Assembly: GCA_038897115.1 (NCBI GenBank)
Contig: JAWAXC010000001.1
Location: forward strand, 20,313 to 84,312
Direction: 5' to 3'
DNA length: 64,000 nucleotides
Origin: Sulfolobales archaeon
Lineage (GTDB): Archaea > Thermoproteota > Thermoprotei_A > Sulfolobales > AG1
The notes beneath the pieces were generated by a model that saw nothing but the letters and a program-made list of their open reading frames with translations, searched no databases and was not told the DNA's origin. Positions within the stretch are counted from its first letter, which is position 1, and every line of letters begins with the position of its first letter. Below, one piece after another: positions 48,329-58,794 of the stretch. A program made the position numbers and the translations under genes.

Positions 48329-49094
48329 AGATGCATCCCAAGAGATATAGATCGCCTCGAAATATATATTTAGACAAAGCCTCTACAATTTATATTTTCC
48401 ACCATGGAGAACTCTTGACCGTATATTAAAAAGCTGAGCCCCTCGAAGATCATCTCATCTGCTAGAGAATAAACTGTTTTATTCAAAGCAGAAACATATC
48501 TTCATTTTAAAGACCCTTTTGGATAGAATCAAACCTGGCTAAGCATTTCCCACTCTTTATTTTTAAAGCATATTCTAGATCTTAGATTTATAGATCTGCA
48601 GATCTATGAGGATAATTTTAAATTAATTGCTATAATTAAAAACATTGCTTTCTATGCCAGAAGAGGATCGGTTTCTCAATGTCTCAAGAAGATCTTGCTA
48701 ATTAGTGGAAAAGAAGCTTTAAATTGAAACCCTGTTCTTTCCATATTGATGGTTAAAGAGCGCCAGAGGTAAGCTTTAAAAGGGTGGATAATTAGGAGCT
48801 GAATCCTATCTGTGGATCTAGTTCAATGTATAGTATTATAGTGAGAAAAACCCAATATTTAAAAATTAAATAAATAGGTGTAATGTTGAGATCTAGGATC
48901 AACAGTCCTGATCTTCTCCTTGGTCTAAAAGATAGGCTTTTAGTTATAACTATACTATTGCGAGAATCAGCTTTGAGGTTAGGCTCTATAGCGTTAATAC
49001 AGCTGGGGGCAAATATAGAGACTCTAATGGCGCCGCTATGTATAAGGCTCTCGACTCTAAATGATATTCGGTAGCCCTTAGGAGTAGGATTAAG

Positions 49095-49829
49095 ATGGAT
49101 ATTTATGTTGGAACCTCGGGATGGCTCTACGACTGGAATCCAAATAATAGCTTAGATTGGTATCTCAAGCACTCTGGCTTAAACGCTGTAGAGCTTAATG
49201 CTTCATTCTATAGAATACCATATCCCTCGCAGGTTAGAAGCTGGGTTTTAAAAGGAAGAGATCTTAGATGGTCTGTTAAGGTTAACCGATATATAACTCA
49301 TTATTATAAGCTATCTGATAAGGCTTTGGAGATTTGGGATAGGTTTGTAGAGATCTTCAAACCTATGGATGATCTTATAGACTTCTATTTATTACAGCTA
49401 CCGCCGAGCTTTAGAGCTACTAAGGAGAATATAGCTAGGCTTTCGAACTACATCAGAAGTATAGATCTGGGGTGGAGATTGGCTGTGGAGTTTAGACATG
49501 AATCCTGGTTTAACGAGGCCACTATAGACCTTTGCAGGGATCTAGAGGTGACTCTTGTATCTATAGACTCACCTATAGCAACATGGATTAATAGTAGCGG
49601 AGACACCATATACCTTAGGCTACATGGTAGAAGCATGTGGTATCTCTATGACTATAGTGCTGAGGAGTTAAAGCATATAGCCTTAATGGTGATCGAGAGG
49701 GCGCCGAGTAGAATCTATGTTTTCTTCAATAACAATCACTATATGCTAGGAAATGCTAGGGTTATGAAGAAGCTACTAGAAGATCTAGAGAGGTCTATTG
49801 ATACTCATGGTTCCGAAATTAATAGCTAG
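49095..49829 (+). CDS. DUF72 family protein
   Basis: MDIYVGTSGWLYDWNP...VELNASFYRIPYPSQVRSW is the typical DUF72 N-terminus. Confidence 0.75.
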   Translation: MDIYVGTSGWLYDWNPNNSLDWYLKHSGLNAVELNASFYRIPYPSQVRSWVLKGRDLRWSVKVNRYITHYYKLSDKALEIWDRFVEIFKPMDDLIDFYLLQLPPSFRATKENIARLSNYIRSIDLGWRLAVEFRHESWFNEATIDLCRDLEVTLVSIDSPIATWINSSGDTIYLRLHGRSMWYLYDYSAEELKHIALMVIERAPSRIYVFFNNNHYMLGNARVMKKLLEDLERSIDTHGSEINS

Positions 49830-50190
49830 GCATCTATCCTTAAAGAGTGGAGATTGTGAAAAGCTATAGATTAGCAGAGATACTGAGTATCTTTAGATAG
49901 AGACTTCCTTGGTAATTATTCTCAATAGGGCTTCTCATGGAGATTTTCTACTAAGCGGAGTATCTTCAGAGTTAGGGCTTCTTCTTTATTCCTCGTTTGC
50001 CCCACCACTTTTTGACGTTGGTAGCGGTTATGCTTTTAAGAATATGGTATATGCTCTGGATTAAGTATTAAGATATCTAATGATGTTTATCTCATAAACC
50101 ATGATGATCCTATGTGTCTCATACATAACTCATAGATTTTAGCTCCTTGGTTAAAGCTCTTCAACAGCTATACCCTAGATTTATAGCCAT

Positions 50191-50223
50191 AAGCCTCGTC
50201 CTTTAGGGTGGGGAGGAGGTTAG
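50191..50223 (+). repeat. IS-end-like imperfect palindrome
   Basis: AAGCCTCGTCCTTTAGGGTGGGGAGGAGGTTAG. Confidence 0.5.
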
Positions 50224-50322
50224 AAACAGTCCTGGCTAGCTTTTACAGAATCACGATCCTCTTTTTAGCGATGCAGAGGGATATATAATAATTGGGTCAT
50301 GTTTCTAGAAGGTTTTATGAAG

Positions 50323-50399
50323 TGGTGGACCGGCCGGGATTTGAACCCGGGTCCTCTCGGGTGCAAACCGAGCGCTCTTCCAGGCTGAGCTACCGGCCC
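50323..50399 (-). tRNA. tRNA-Ala (anticodon UGC) with encoded CCA
   Basis: Reverse complement GGGCCGGTAGCTCAGCCTGGAAGAGCGCTCGGTTTGCACCCGAGAGGACCCGGGTTCAAATCCCGGCCGGTCCACCA folds as a cloverleaf. G3:U70 is present. Confidence 0.95.
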
Positions 50400-50445
50400 A
50401 TTATTTATATTCTATCTAACCCTTTTAATTTTTGCTGGGGCGAGT

Positions 50446-50712
50446 ATGGGTATATATTGGATGAGGTGTGACTGGTGTGGATCCTATAATATTGTTAAGC
50501 CTTGTTATCTCCATCCCCTCGAGAATATATGTTATATGAGCTGTATCACATGTAGGGAGAGGCCTCAATGTCCTAACCCTGCGTGGAGTCCATGGGCTAG
50601 GCCAGGCGGACCTTCTGTTGCTAGGCAGCAGCAACAAACACCAGGTACACAGGCTAGGCAACAGAGATCAGCGTCTACACAGATATCTAGATCTAGGGTA
50701 CAGCAGAAATAA
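50446..50712 (+). CDS. possible small zinc-ribbon protein with a Gln-rich tail
   Basis: CDWC...(21)...CITC plus three further Cys. An antisense ORF of similar length exists, so coding is uncertain. Confidence 0.3.
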   Translation: MGIYWMRCDWCGSYNIVKPCYLHPLENICYMSCITCRERPQCPNPAWSPWARPGGPSVARQQQQTPGTQARQQRSASTQISRSRVQQK

Positions 50713-50770
50713 CTTATCCCTCTCCATAATATTACTTAAGGAGTGGAGTGGCGAGGGGTGATATAGATCC

Positions 50771-51535
50771 TTGGTTGAAAGGGTTAAAACAGGGATACCG
50801 GGTTTAGATGAGATCCTAAACGGCGGTATTCCGAAGAGAAACGTGGTTCTCCTCAGCGGCGGGCCTGGGACTGGAAAGTCTATTTTCTCATACCAATATC
50901 TGTGGAACGGCCTCCAAATGGGGGAGCCAGGTATCTTCGTAGCCCTTGAGGAACATCCCGTGCAGGTTAGGGTTAACATGTCCCAGTTTGGATGGGATGT
51001 GAGGAGATATGAGAAGGATGGCATATTCGCTATAGTAGATGCATTCACAGGCGGGATTGGAGAGGCTGCTAAGAGGGAGAAATATGTTGTTAGCGATATA
51101 GATAATATAGATGAGTTTCTAGATGTGCTGAGAAATGCTATAAAAGAGACGAACGCCCAGAGAATAGCTGTAGATTCCGTCTCAACCCTCTACCTAGCGA
51201 AACCCGCCATGGCGAGAAAAATCGTTATGTCCCTCAAGCGGGTGTTAGCAGGGCTAGGGCTAACAGGGATCCTCGTGAGCCAGGTTTCGGTAACAGAGAG
51301 GGGCTTTGGAGGCCCAGGTGTTGAGCATGCCGCGGACGGGATAATAAGGCTCGACCTAGATGAGGTAGATGGACAGCTGATCAGAAGCCTCATAGTATGG
51401 AAGATGAGGGGGACTAGCCATAGTCTTAAGAGGCATAGATTCGATATAACAGATAAAGGGATAGTGGTGTATCCAGATAAGATCGTGAAACTAGGTAGAG
51501 TGGTAAGAGTAGAGGAGGAGCAGGTGGAAAGATAA
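50771..51535 (+). CDS. single-domain KaiC/RadA-like RecA-superfamily ATPase
   Basis: [30 protein letters not shown] Walker A; Walker B-like IAVDSVS. Confidence 0.8.
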   Translation: MVERVKTGIPGLDEILNGGIPKRNVVLLSGGPGTGKSIFSYQYLWNGLQMGEPGIFVALEEHPVQVRVNMSQFGWDVRRYEKDGIFAIVDAFTGGIGEAAKREKYVVSDIDNIDEFLDVLRNAIKETNAQRIAVDSVSTLYLAKPAMARKIVMSLKRVLAGLGLTGILVSQVSVTERGFGGPGVEHAADGIIRLDLDEVDGQLIRSLIVWKMRGTSHSLKRHRFDITDKGIVVYPDKIVKLGRVVRVEEEQVER

Positions 51536-51784
51536 AAAATAAAATATGATATATAGGCTTCATAGCTTCATCTTTGATGCCAGCTCCTCACATTTATGCA
51601 TATCCTCGTCTCTTCCGTCTCTGTCTGCTAGAACAATCTTCAACATATATTTCTATTTTAAACCATATATTCACATGCTTTGATCCCTCTATAAAAACAA
51701 AGCAAATGTTTTCAGCATTAAAGCCTAATAATAGAAACCCTTCTCATTTTCAAGACTATGGTATTAGAGTGGATGACTGCTGCA

Positions 51785-52213
51785 CTATTTCCAATATTTA
51801 GGTGGCTCGCTTCTTCTCCTAATTTCTCTCCCTTCCCATGTGAATCTCCAATACCCTCTACCAGGATCTTCTAAAGCTATATTTAGCTCACTTATCATTT
51901 TATCGCTTAATAAGATCTCATCTGCTATAGGCGATATAATGGCGTCAGCTTCAACAAAGGGTGTATCTACATCCTCTACAACGACCTTGACCTTAACAGC
52001 CTTCGAGGCTACCCAAACTCTTAGAGGCCCACCCGCTGTATCAAAGACTGTTTCTTCAAGACTCCTCGCCGGAGGCCAGAGGCTAAGCATCTCAGCAGCC
52101 TCTGTAGGTAATAACACCTGAGGTGTTTCAGATTCATACCCGCTATTCGCTAGAGCACTCGTCACAATCTCCTTTCCATTTCTAGTTATTCTCACCCTCA
52201 CCCTTACGGCCAC
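51785..52213 (-). CDS. hypothetical protein, possibly a retropepsin-like fold with NSG in place of D(T/S)G
   Basis: SALANSGYESETPQVLLPTEAAEML and ...EILLSDKMISELNIALED follow the pattern of single-lobe clan AA proteins. Confidence 0.35.
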   Translation of the reverse strand: MAVRVRVRITRNGKEIVTSALANSGYESETPQVLLPTEAAEMLSLWPPARSLEETVFDTAGGPLRVWVASKAVKVKVVVEDVDTPFVEADAIISPIADEILLSDKMISELNIALEDPGRGYWRFTWEGREIRRRSEPPKYWK

Positions 52214-52680
52214 ATATATCCCTCTTAAAACCCTTTATCCTTCCAATCCTAGTCTTATGATCTCTTATCAAACCTATAAAAACCTTCCCCATAGCATATC
52301 TCCACTAATATTTTACTTCTAATCGCATTAAAAATCTCGCTCTATAATAGAGAATCTCATCGATCAGCACGGCATTTACAGAGACATCTTTTCGAGAAAA
52401 GCCATTAAGCAACTATGGCGAGCCTGAGAAGTATGTGAGCCTCTATCTCAGGGGTTCTATAAGAGTTATAAATGGGATGTATTGTTAGAAGATGTTAATA
52501 GGGTTTTGAAAAGGGGTTCTGGTTTTACCGGGCTTTTAGCCCTTCGTCTCATCACCCCCTATCCAGCCTTCCCACCGTCCTTCGGGAGCTAGCCTCTCCT
52601 CGGGGATATGGGGGGCTTCATCGGCTGACTTCATCCCCCTCGCAACTGCTCATAGAGATCATAGTGGCCTCTTAATACCC

Positions 52681-52772
52681 ATTTATAGCAGGAAAGATTA
52701 TAGGCATCACACCCCAAGAATGCTATCAACATCTATAAACCAACATAAAAACCAAAAACAGCAGACAAAGGC
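52681..52772 (+). repeat. roughly 90-nt dispersed repeat, copy A
   Basis: Roughly 85% identical by eye to the reverse complement of 63913-64000. Confidence 0.8.
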
Positions 52773-52851
52773 TTGAGGGGTGAGGGCGGTTCTAGTTCCA
52801 CATAGATCTTGATGTTCTTCGGCAACATAGATCCTCGATCGTTTTGCAGGG

Positions 52852-52864
52852 AAAGATATTTAAG
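52852..52864 (+). promoter_or_regulatory. TATA-like box for the Alba gene
   Basis: aaagatatttaag, about 40 nt upstream of ATG 52901. Confidence 0.4.
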
Positions 52865-52900
52865 CTCTTCATCATATACTGGGCTGCGGTGGGCGGAGAA

Positions 52901-53188
52901 ATGGCTCAGCAGCCCCAGAACGTGGTTCTAGTGGGTAAGAAACCGGCTATAAACTATGTCCTAGCCACCCTAACACTGTTCAACCAGGGGATGGATAAGG
53001 TGGTTATAAAGGCTAGGGGCAGGGCTATAAGCAAGGCTGTAGATACTGTGGAGATCCTTAGAAGCAGGTTCCTAAAGGACAAGCTAGCTATTACAAGCAT
53101 TAATATCGGCAGTCAAGAGGTCTCTAGAGAGGGTGGCAGGACCTCGAGGGTATCTACGATAGAGATAACAGTTGCTAGGAAGGACTAA
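52901..53188 (+). CDS. albA: chromatin/RNA-binding protein Alba
   Basis: [48 protein letters not shown]. Start moved to MAQQPQ. Confidence 0.9.
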   Translation: MAQQPQNVVLVGKKPAINYVLATLTLFNQGMDKVVIKARGRAISKAVDTVEILRSRFLKDKLAITSINIGSQEVSREGGRTSRVSTIEITVARKD

Positions 53189-53193
53189 AGCCC

Positions 53194-53199
53194 TTTTTT
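53194..53199 (+). terminator. oligo-T tract after the Alba gene
   Basis: A T6 run 6 nt after the stop. Confidence 0.4.
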
Positions 53200-53281
53200 C
53201 TCAATAATTTTTCCCACAGCTATAGATTCCCTATAATTCTTCTTTAAAGCCTGATCATATATAGTATTATGAGGTGTCTGA

Positions 53282-54640
53282 ATGCCTAGCAGAGCTCTGA
53301 TCATAGGGGTAGTGGTTATAGCGATAATAGCAGCATCCATAGGGATCTGGCTCATATTCGGAGGGGCTCCACAGGTGCAGCAGAAGAGGGAGGTTAAGCT
53401 AGTAGTGATCACAAGGCTTGCTCCTGAGGAGGGGAATGCTCTTAGAGAGAGGTTTCTTAGGAGCGAGCTAGCATCTAGAGCTGGGATTATCGATGTCGAG
53501 TTTAGGAAGGAGGATGTTGGTAAGTGGAGATCCTTTGTTGAGAGCGGGGCTGTGGATATATTCTTTGTGGGGGGCTACGCTGTCTACTCATCTTTATGTA
53601 GAGATGGATATCTAGAACCTATAACAAATAGCGAGATAATATCGAGGGCAAGCTCTATAGGTGCTGAGATGTTTAGAGACGATAGGGGTAATATATGCTT
53701 TCTATCAGTCTCTAGAACGATCTTCAGCTTCACTGTTAACAACGACTATCTATCCAGATACTCGCTTCCAAAGCCAAGATCCTGGGAGGATCTAGCATCC
53801 CCCAACTTCTCCGCCTCCCTCCTCAAAGGAGATCCAGCGATATCATTTCCAATGCCTTCTAAGAGCACAACGGCCGCGAGGACAATACAGCTGATCCTAC
53901 AGAAATATGGGTGGGACAGGGGTTGGGAGATACTAGCTATAATAGGGGCTAACTCGAAGATCGTTGAGAGCTCTGAGAGGGCTAGAGACGATGTTGCCTC
54001 AGGCGTTTCAGGTGCGGCGCCAACCGTGCTTGTATATGGCTTGAGGGCTGTGAATGCCAGTGGTGGTAAGGCGGAGTTTATAATAGCTGAGAAGGGCTTG
54101 CTACCAGATATAAGCCCTGTTGCAATAGCTAGGAATACAAAGAACAAGGCCGCGGCTGAGGCCTTCATACTCTGGCTATTAAGTGATGAGGGTCAGAAAG
54201 CCCTTGCAGAGCTATTCTACTACCTACCATACCAACTACCCAGGGGCACCGCTCTCGAGGAGATCTATAGGAGGGCTGAGGGCAATATATATCCATATAA
54301 CCCTGAGGATGCATCTAGGTGGGAGCTCTCAGCTATATACTATTTCGAGGCAGCTATAGCGGATCCTGATGCGAATAGCCTGCTCAAGAGGATATGGGGT
54401 AAAGCGGTATCCCTATACCAGGCTGGGAGGCTATCTCAGAGAGACATAGAGGATCTAGTCCACAGGATAGGATCACCACTCGAGATAGAGTTCAACGGAA
54501 CCAAATCTATATTTACAAAGGATTTTGCATCGAGGATAAACAATATGCTTACAAACCCAGCTAATGTTGATGCCTTCAAATCATCTGTTAAGAAGGCAGC
54601 CATAGCTAGATATAACTCGATATTATCGAGCCTAGGGTGA
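53282..54640 (+). CDS. ABC substrate-binding protein (PBP2, iron(III)/thiamine-type), membrane-anchored
   Basis: N-terminal TM helix. Periplasmic-binding-protein-like alternation. Followed by a double-length permease. Confidence 0.6.
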   Translation: MPSRALIIGVVVIAIIAASIGIWLIFGGAPQVQQKREVKLVVITRLAPEEGNALRERFLRSELASRAGIIDVEFRKEDVGKWRSFVESGAVDIFFVGGYAVYSSLCRDGYLEPITNSEIISRASSIGAEMFRDDRGNICFLSVSRTIFSFTVNNDYLSRYSLPKPRSWEDLASPNFSASLLKGDPAISFPMPSKSTTAARTIQLILQKYGWDRGWEILAIIGANSKIVESSERARDDVASGVSGAAPTVLVYGLRAVNASGGKAEFIIAEKGLLPDISPVAIARNTKNKAAAEAFILWLLSDEGQKALAELFYYLPYQLPRGTALEEIYRRAEGNIYPYNPEDASRWELSAIYYFEAAIADPDANSLLKRIWGKAVSLYQAGRLSQRDIEDLVHRIGSPLEIEFNGTKSIFTKDFASRINNMLTNPANVDAFKSSVKKAAIARYNSILSSLG

Positions 54641-54646
54641 AGATAG

Positions 54647-56401
54647 CTGGTTGAGAAGGGGTTTAGAGCTCTCTCAACAGCTTTCCTCGCAATATTCATA
54701 GCCCTTTTAATAATACCACTAGCATATCTCTTCTCTACAAGCACTTCTCCATACTCCCTCCTAGATGTTATTCTAGGCATTAAGATCCCTCCTGATGGAG
54801 AGCTATATACTATATATGATTATGGTGGGTATAAACTCATATATATAGCTGGATATGACTTCGGCCCCCTTCTAAACTCAATCCTACTATCACTCATAGT
54901 CACAGCAGTTGTAATACCCCTCTCCATATTCTCGGTCATAGCGATCCTCAGCATGGATAGGGGTAGATGGTTAGTTGGATATCTAGTTCCCCTAGCATCA
55001 TCGATACCAATGCCCTTTCTATCAGCCTATGCTGTGATCCATATATTCCATAGGGATTATGGGCTTCTCAACCAGCTCCTAGGTCTCCTAGGGTTGGGGT
55101 TTAGAATAGCTATCGATGGGATAGCCGGTGTTGCTATCTACCAGATGATCCACTTCTACCCATTATCCCACCTACTCCTTCTATCATATGCAGAGAACAT
55201 AGATAGATCCCTGTTAGATGTATCCTCAAACCTCGGTGGGAGATTATGTGTTACTATCTATAAAATCCTGTTACCTCTTATGAGGCCGGCTATAATAGCT
55301 GTTGCATCCCTCGTTTTTATCCTATCTCTTGAAGATCTGGTTGGACCTATAGCCTTTAGCAGGCATAACTATGCTAGAAACCTAATATCATACCAGGCAT
55401 ACTTTGGATTTATCTCCGAATATGGCTACCAGGTTAGCCCTAGAATAGTTTCCTATGTCTTGATAATGGTGGTTATATCCATAGCTGTTCTACTTATATT
55501 CTATAGATATCTTGTATCCTCTAGATTTGGGGTGGTATCTGCTAGGATGATATATATAGATGCACATGGCCCTTGGGGATCTATTATAAGGGTTTTTGCA
55601 TCGACCCTTTTAATCCTATCCCTTGCTCCAAACCTACTTGTGCTTATATACTCATTTACAGAGGGGTGGTTCTCAAGACCTCTACCGGGTTTTGCTGGTT
55701 TTGATAACTATGTATCTGTAATCGCTACCCCATACTACTATAGAGCTGTTATAAACACACTTATATATACAGCTATATCTTCGAGCCTCATAATGGTTCT
55801 AGGGTATATAGCCTCATATATATCTATGAGGTATAGTGGGGTACAGGCTATAGCTATTGAGATCCTCTCTATAGCCCCTCTTGTAATCCCCGGGGTTGCT
55901 GTTGGGATAGCTTATTATCAGATGTTTCACAGCATCTTCAGAGGATCTTGGTTGGATCCAGTATATCTCCCATGGATCTATCTCCTCGCTACATATACAA
56001 TTAGGAGGCTACCATATATGGTTAGACCTGTTGAGGCTTCTCTCCAGAGGATCCCGAGATCCTATGAGGAGGCCTCGGAGAACCTAGGTTCAACCCCATT
56101 TAGAACCATGTGGGGTATAGGCTTTCCAATGTCCTTCTCCTCGATCAGGGCTGGACATGCTATATCATCTATCCAGGTTGCTACCGAGGTGAGCACGAGC
56201 CTCATACTGATTGGGAGTGTGAGTGTATCTGCATCGCATCCATCACCTATAACGCCTCTGATAGCAGGGCTTATAATATATGATCCACAGCTGATCCACA
56301 GGGCATCAGCTATCCTCGTGCTAACCCTGGCAGGGGTTTTGATCATATCGATGGTTATTAGCAAAGCGATCTCGAGGATCCTTAGGATCCCTGGTAGATA
56401 G
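54647..56401 (+). CDS. ABC permease with two tandem transmembrane domains (FbpB/ThiP-like); start codon unresolved
   Basis: The frame is open and TM-like from 54647 (FRALSTAFLAIFIALLIIPLAYLF), but the first ATG/GTG/TTG in frame is at 54953. Confidence 0.7.
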   Translation: MVEKGFRALSTAFLAIFIALLIIPLAYLFSTSTSPYSLLDVILGIKIPPDGELYTIYDYGGYKLIYIAGYDFGPLLNSILLSLIVTAVVIPLSIFSVIAILSMDRGRWLVGYLVPLASSIPMPFLSAYAVIHIFHRDYGLLNQLLGLLGLGFRIAIDGIAGVAIYQMIHFYPLSHLLLLSYAENIDRSLLDVSSNLGGRLCVTIYKILLPLMRPAIIAVASLVFILSLEDLVGPIAFSRHNYARNLISYQAYFGFISEYGYQVSPRIVSYVLIMVVISIAVLLIFYRYLVSSRFGVVSARMIYIDAHGPWGSIIRVFASTLLILSLAPNLLVLIYSFTEGWFSRPLPGFAGFDNYVSVIATPYYYRAVINTLIYTAISSSLIMVLGYIASYISMRYSGVQAIAIEILSIAPLVIPGVAVGIAYYQMFHSIFRGSWLDPVYLPWIYLLATYTIRRLPYMVRPVEASLQRIPRSYEEASENLGSTPFRTMWGIGFPMSFSSIRAGHAISSIQVATEVSTSLILIGSVSVSASHPSPITPLIAGLIIYDPQLIHRASAILVLTLAGVLIISMVISKAISRILRIPGR

Positions 56402-56459
56402 CGTGGCGAAGCGTTAATCCTATATAGTTTCTATACCCATATAACATGGTAGGGAGAAG

Positions 56460-58676
56460 TTGCCCAGATACAAGACGGTCGAGCAGATCCTCAAAATAGT
56501 TGGTAACCCTGAACAGGTTAGGAACATAGGTATTATAGCCCATGTGGATCATGGAAAGACAACCCTCACAGACACGCTTCTAGCTGCTGCAGGGATAATC
56601 TCTGAGAAGCTAGCCGGAGAGGTCTTGGCGCTGGACTATCTAACTGTTGAGCAGCAGAGGGGCATAACTGTTAAGGCTGCAAACATAAGCCTCTACTTCG
56701 AATTCGAGGGCAAGCCCTACGTGATCAACCTCATCGATACCCCAGGGCATGTGGATTTCAGTGGAAAGGTCTCTAGAAGCCTGAGGGTTCTGGATGGAGC
56801 GATAGTTGTTGTCGACGCTGTAGAGGGAGTTATGACCCAGACCGAGACTGTGTTGAGGCAGGCCCTCGAGGAGAGGGTGAGACCCCTTCTATTTATAAAT
56901 AAAATAGATAGGCTGATCAGAGAGCTTAGGATGAGCCCTCAGGAGATACAGAATAGATTCGTCCAGATCATCAGGGAGATAAACAATCTCATAGAGACAT
57001 ATGCGGAGCCTGAGTTCAAGCAGGCTTGGAAGCTAGACCCTGTTAAGGGGCATGTGGCCTTCGGAGCTGCGAGGGATAAGATAGGCCTTACAATTCCATA
57101 TAGCCAGAGGAAGGGAGTTAAGATACCTGATCTCATAGCTGCTTATGAGAGTGGTAAGAGGGAGAATGTAGAGGCTCTGCAGAAGAAGATACCGATCCAC
57201 GAGGCTATATTGGAGATGGTTATAAAACATGTGCCGAACCCGAGGGAGGCGCAGAAATATAGGATACCAAAGATCTGGAAGGGGCCTCTAGACTCGGAGA
57301 TCGGTAGAGCAATGCTCGAGGCAGACCCCAATGGACCAACTGTATTCCTTATAAACGATATGAGGCACGACCCCCACGCTGGCTTCGTAGCAACTGGTAG
57401 GATACTCTCGGGTGTGTTGGATGAGGGTAGGGAGTTATATCTAGTCAACTCAAAGATCTCTCAGAGGGCTCTCCAGGTAGGCATATATATGGGGCCCTTC
57501 AGGGAGCAGGTGGGGAGGCTACCGGCTGGCAATATAGCTGCTGTGCTTGGCCTTGATAGGGCTAGGTCTGGAGAGACTGTTGTAGATCCTAGGTTCAAGG
57601 ATATGATGGTTCCATTCGAGAAGATCTCATATATATCGGAGCCAGTGGTGACCATAGCCCTCGAGCCTAAGAACCCCGCTGAGCTCACCAAGATGATCGA
57701 GGCTCTGAAGAAGCTAACAATAGAGGATCCCAACCTAGTGCTCCGCATCAACGAAGAGACAGGTGAGTACCTCCTATCCGGGATGGGGCATGTGCATCTA
57801 GAGGTTGCTCTAACCCTCCTCAAGGAGAACTACGGTATTGAGGTGAAGACATCACAGCCCCTGATAGTCTATAGAGAGAGTATAAGGGGTAAGAGCCAGA
57901 TTCTGGAAGGCAAGTCTCCTAACAAGCATAACAAGCTATATATAAGCGTTGAGCCTCTGAACGAGGAGACGATAGCCCTCATAGCTTCTGGTGATGTGAC
58001 AGAAGATCAGGATCCGCGTGAGAGGGCAAGGATCCTGAGGGATAAGGCGTCCTGGGACTATGACGAGGCTAGGAGGATATGGGCTATAGATGAGAATATA
58101 AATGTATTCGTTGATATGACAAGCGGTGTCCAGCACCTAAGAGAGGTTAGGGACACGATTATACAGGGATTCAGACTAGCCATGAGGGAGGGGCCACTTG
58201 CTAGGGAGCCTGTCAGGGGTGTGAAGGTAATACTGCATGACGCTGTGATCCACGAGGACCCGGCTCACAGAGGCCCTGCACAGCTCTACCCAGCTACTAG
58301 GAACCCGATATACGCTGGGATGCTCATGTCAAAGCCAACCCTTCTAGAGCCTATACAGAAGCTAGATATAAAGATCCCAGCAGACTATATAGGTGATGTA
58401 ACAGGCGTTATAAGCAAGAAGAGGGGGAGGATATTGAATGTTCTAGAGCTATATGGTAACTGGGTTAGAATCATATCAGAGATACCTATAGCAGAGAGCA
58501 TAGATCTCGCAGCACTTCTTAGAAGCGTGACCTCCGGCAGAGCACTCTGGGGTACAGAGTTCAGCAGATGGGCCCCAGTACCTGATAACATGTTACCAGA
58601 GCTCGTTCGCAGGATAAGGGAGAGGAAGGGGCTGAAGCCAGAGCCTCCAAAGCCTGAGGAGTTCCTCGGCCCATAG
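56460..58676 (+). CDS. fusA: translation elongation factor 2 (aEF-2)
   Basis: [22 protein letters not shown]. Diphthamide-region [11 protein letters not shown] start. Confidence 0.95.
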   Translation: MPRYKTVEQILKIVGNPEQVRNIGIIAHVDHGKTTLTDTLLAAAGIISEKLAGEVLALDYLTVEQQRGITVKAANISLYFEFEGKPYVINLIDTPGHVDFSGKVSRSLRVLDGAIVVVDAVEGVMTQTETVLRQALEERVRPLLFINKIDRLIRELRMSPQEIQNRFVQIIREINNLIETYAEPEFKQAWKLDPVKGHVAFGAARDKIGLTIPYSQRKGVKIPDLIAAYESGKRENVEALQKKIPIHEAILEMVIKHVPNPREAQKYRIPKIWKGPLDSEIGRAMLEADPNGPTVFLINDMRHDPHAGFVATGRILSGVLDEGRELYLVNSKISQRALQVGIYMGPFREQVGRLPAGNIAAVLGLDRARSGETVVDPRFKDMMVPFEKISYISEPVVTIALEPKNPAELTKMIEALKKLTIEDPNLVLRINEETGEYLLSGMGHVHLEVALTLLKENYGIEVKTSQPLIVYRESIRGKSQILEGKSPNKHNKLYISVEPLNEETIALIASGDVTEDQDPRERARILRDKASWDYDEARRIWAIDENINVFVDMTSGVQHLREVRDTIIQGFRLAMREGPLAREPVRGVKVILHDAVIHEDPAHRGPAQLYPATRNPIYAGMLMSKPTLLEPIQKLDIKIPADYIGDVTGVISKKRGRILNVLELYGNWVRIISEIPIAESIDLAALLRSVTSGRALWGTEFSRWAPVPDNMLPELVRRIRERKGLKPEPPKPEEFLGP

Positions 58677-58794
58677 CGTTTTCCCTCTTATGATGCTTTT
58701 AATTACTCCTTAATTAGTTTGTCTTTTGAGGGAGATTTTGGGATATATGACTTGCTATATCTTACTATGGCAAGTATTTCTATAGGTGTTATAA

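Noticed and set aside
48330-49094. An AT-rich 765-bp intergenic region with two oppositely oriented (A/G)GTGGAAAA sequences, at about 48384-48393 and 48704-48712. These are reminiscent of archaeal ORB boxes, suggesting a possible replication origin.
   Set aside because: Only short partial matches to the remembered ORB core (TCCAGTGGAAAC) are present. There is no orc1/cdc6 or whiP gene nearby, and similar GGAAA strings occur in other intergenic regions. The evidence is insufficient.
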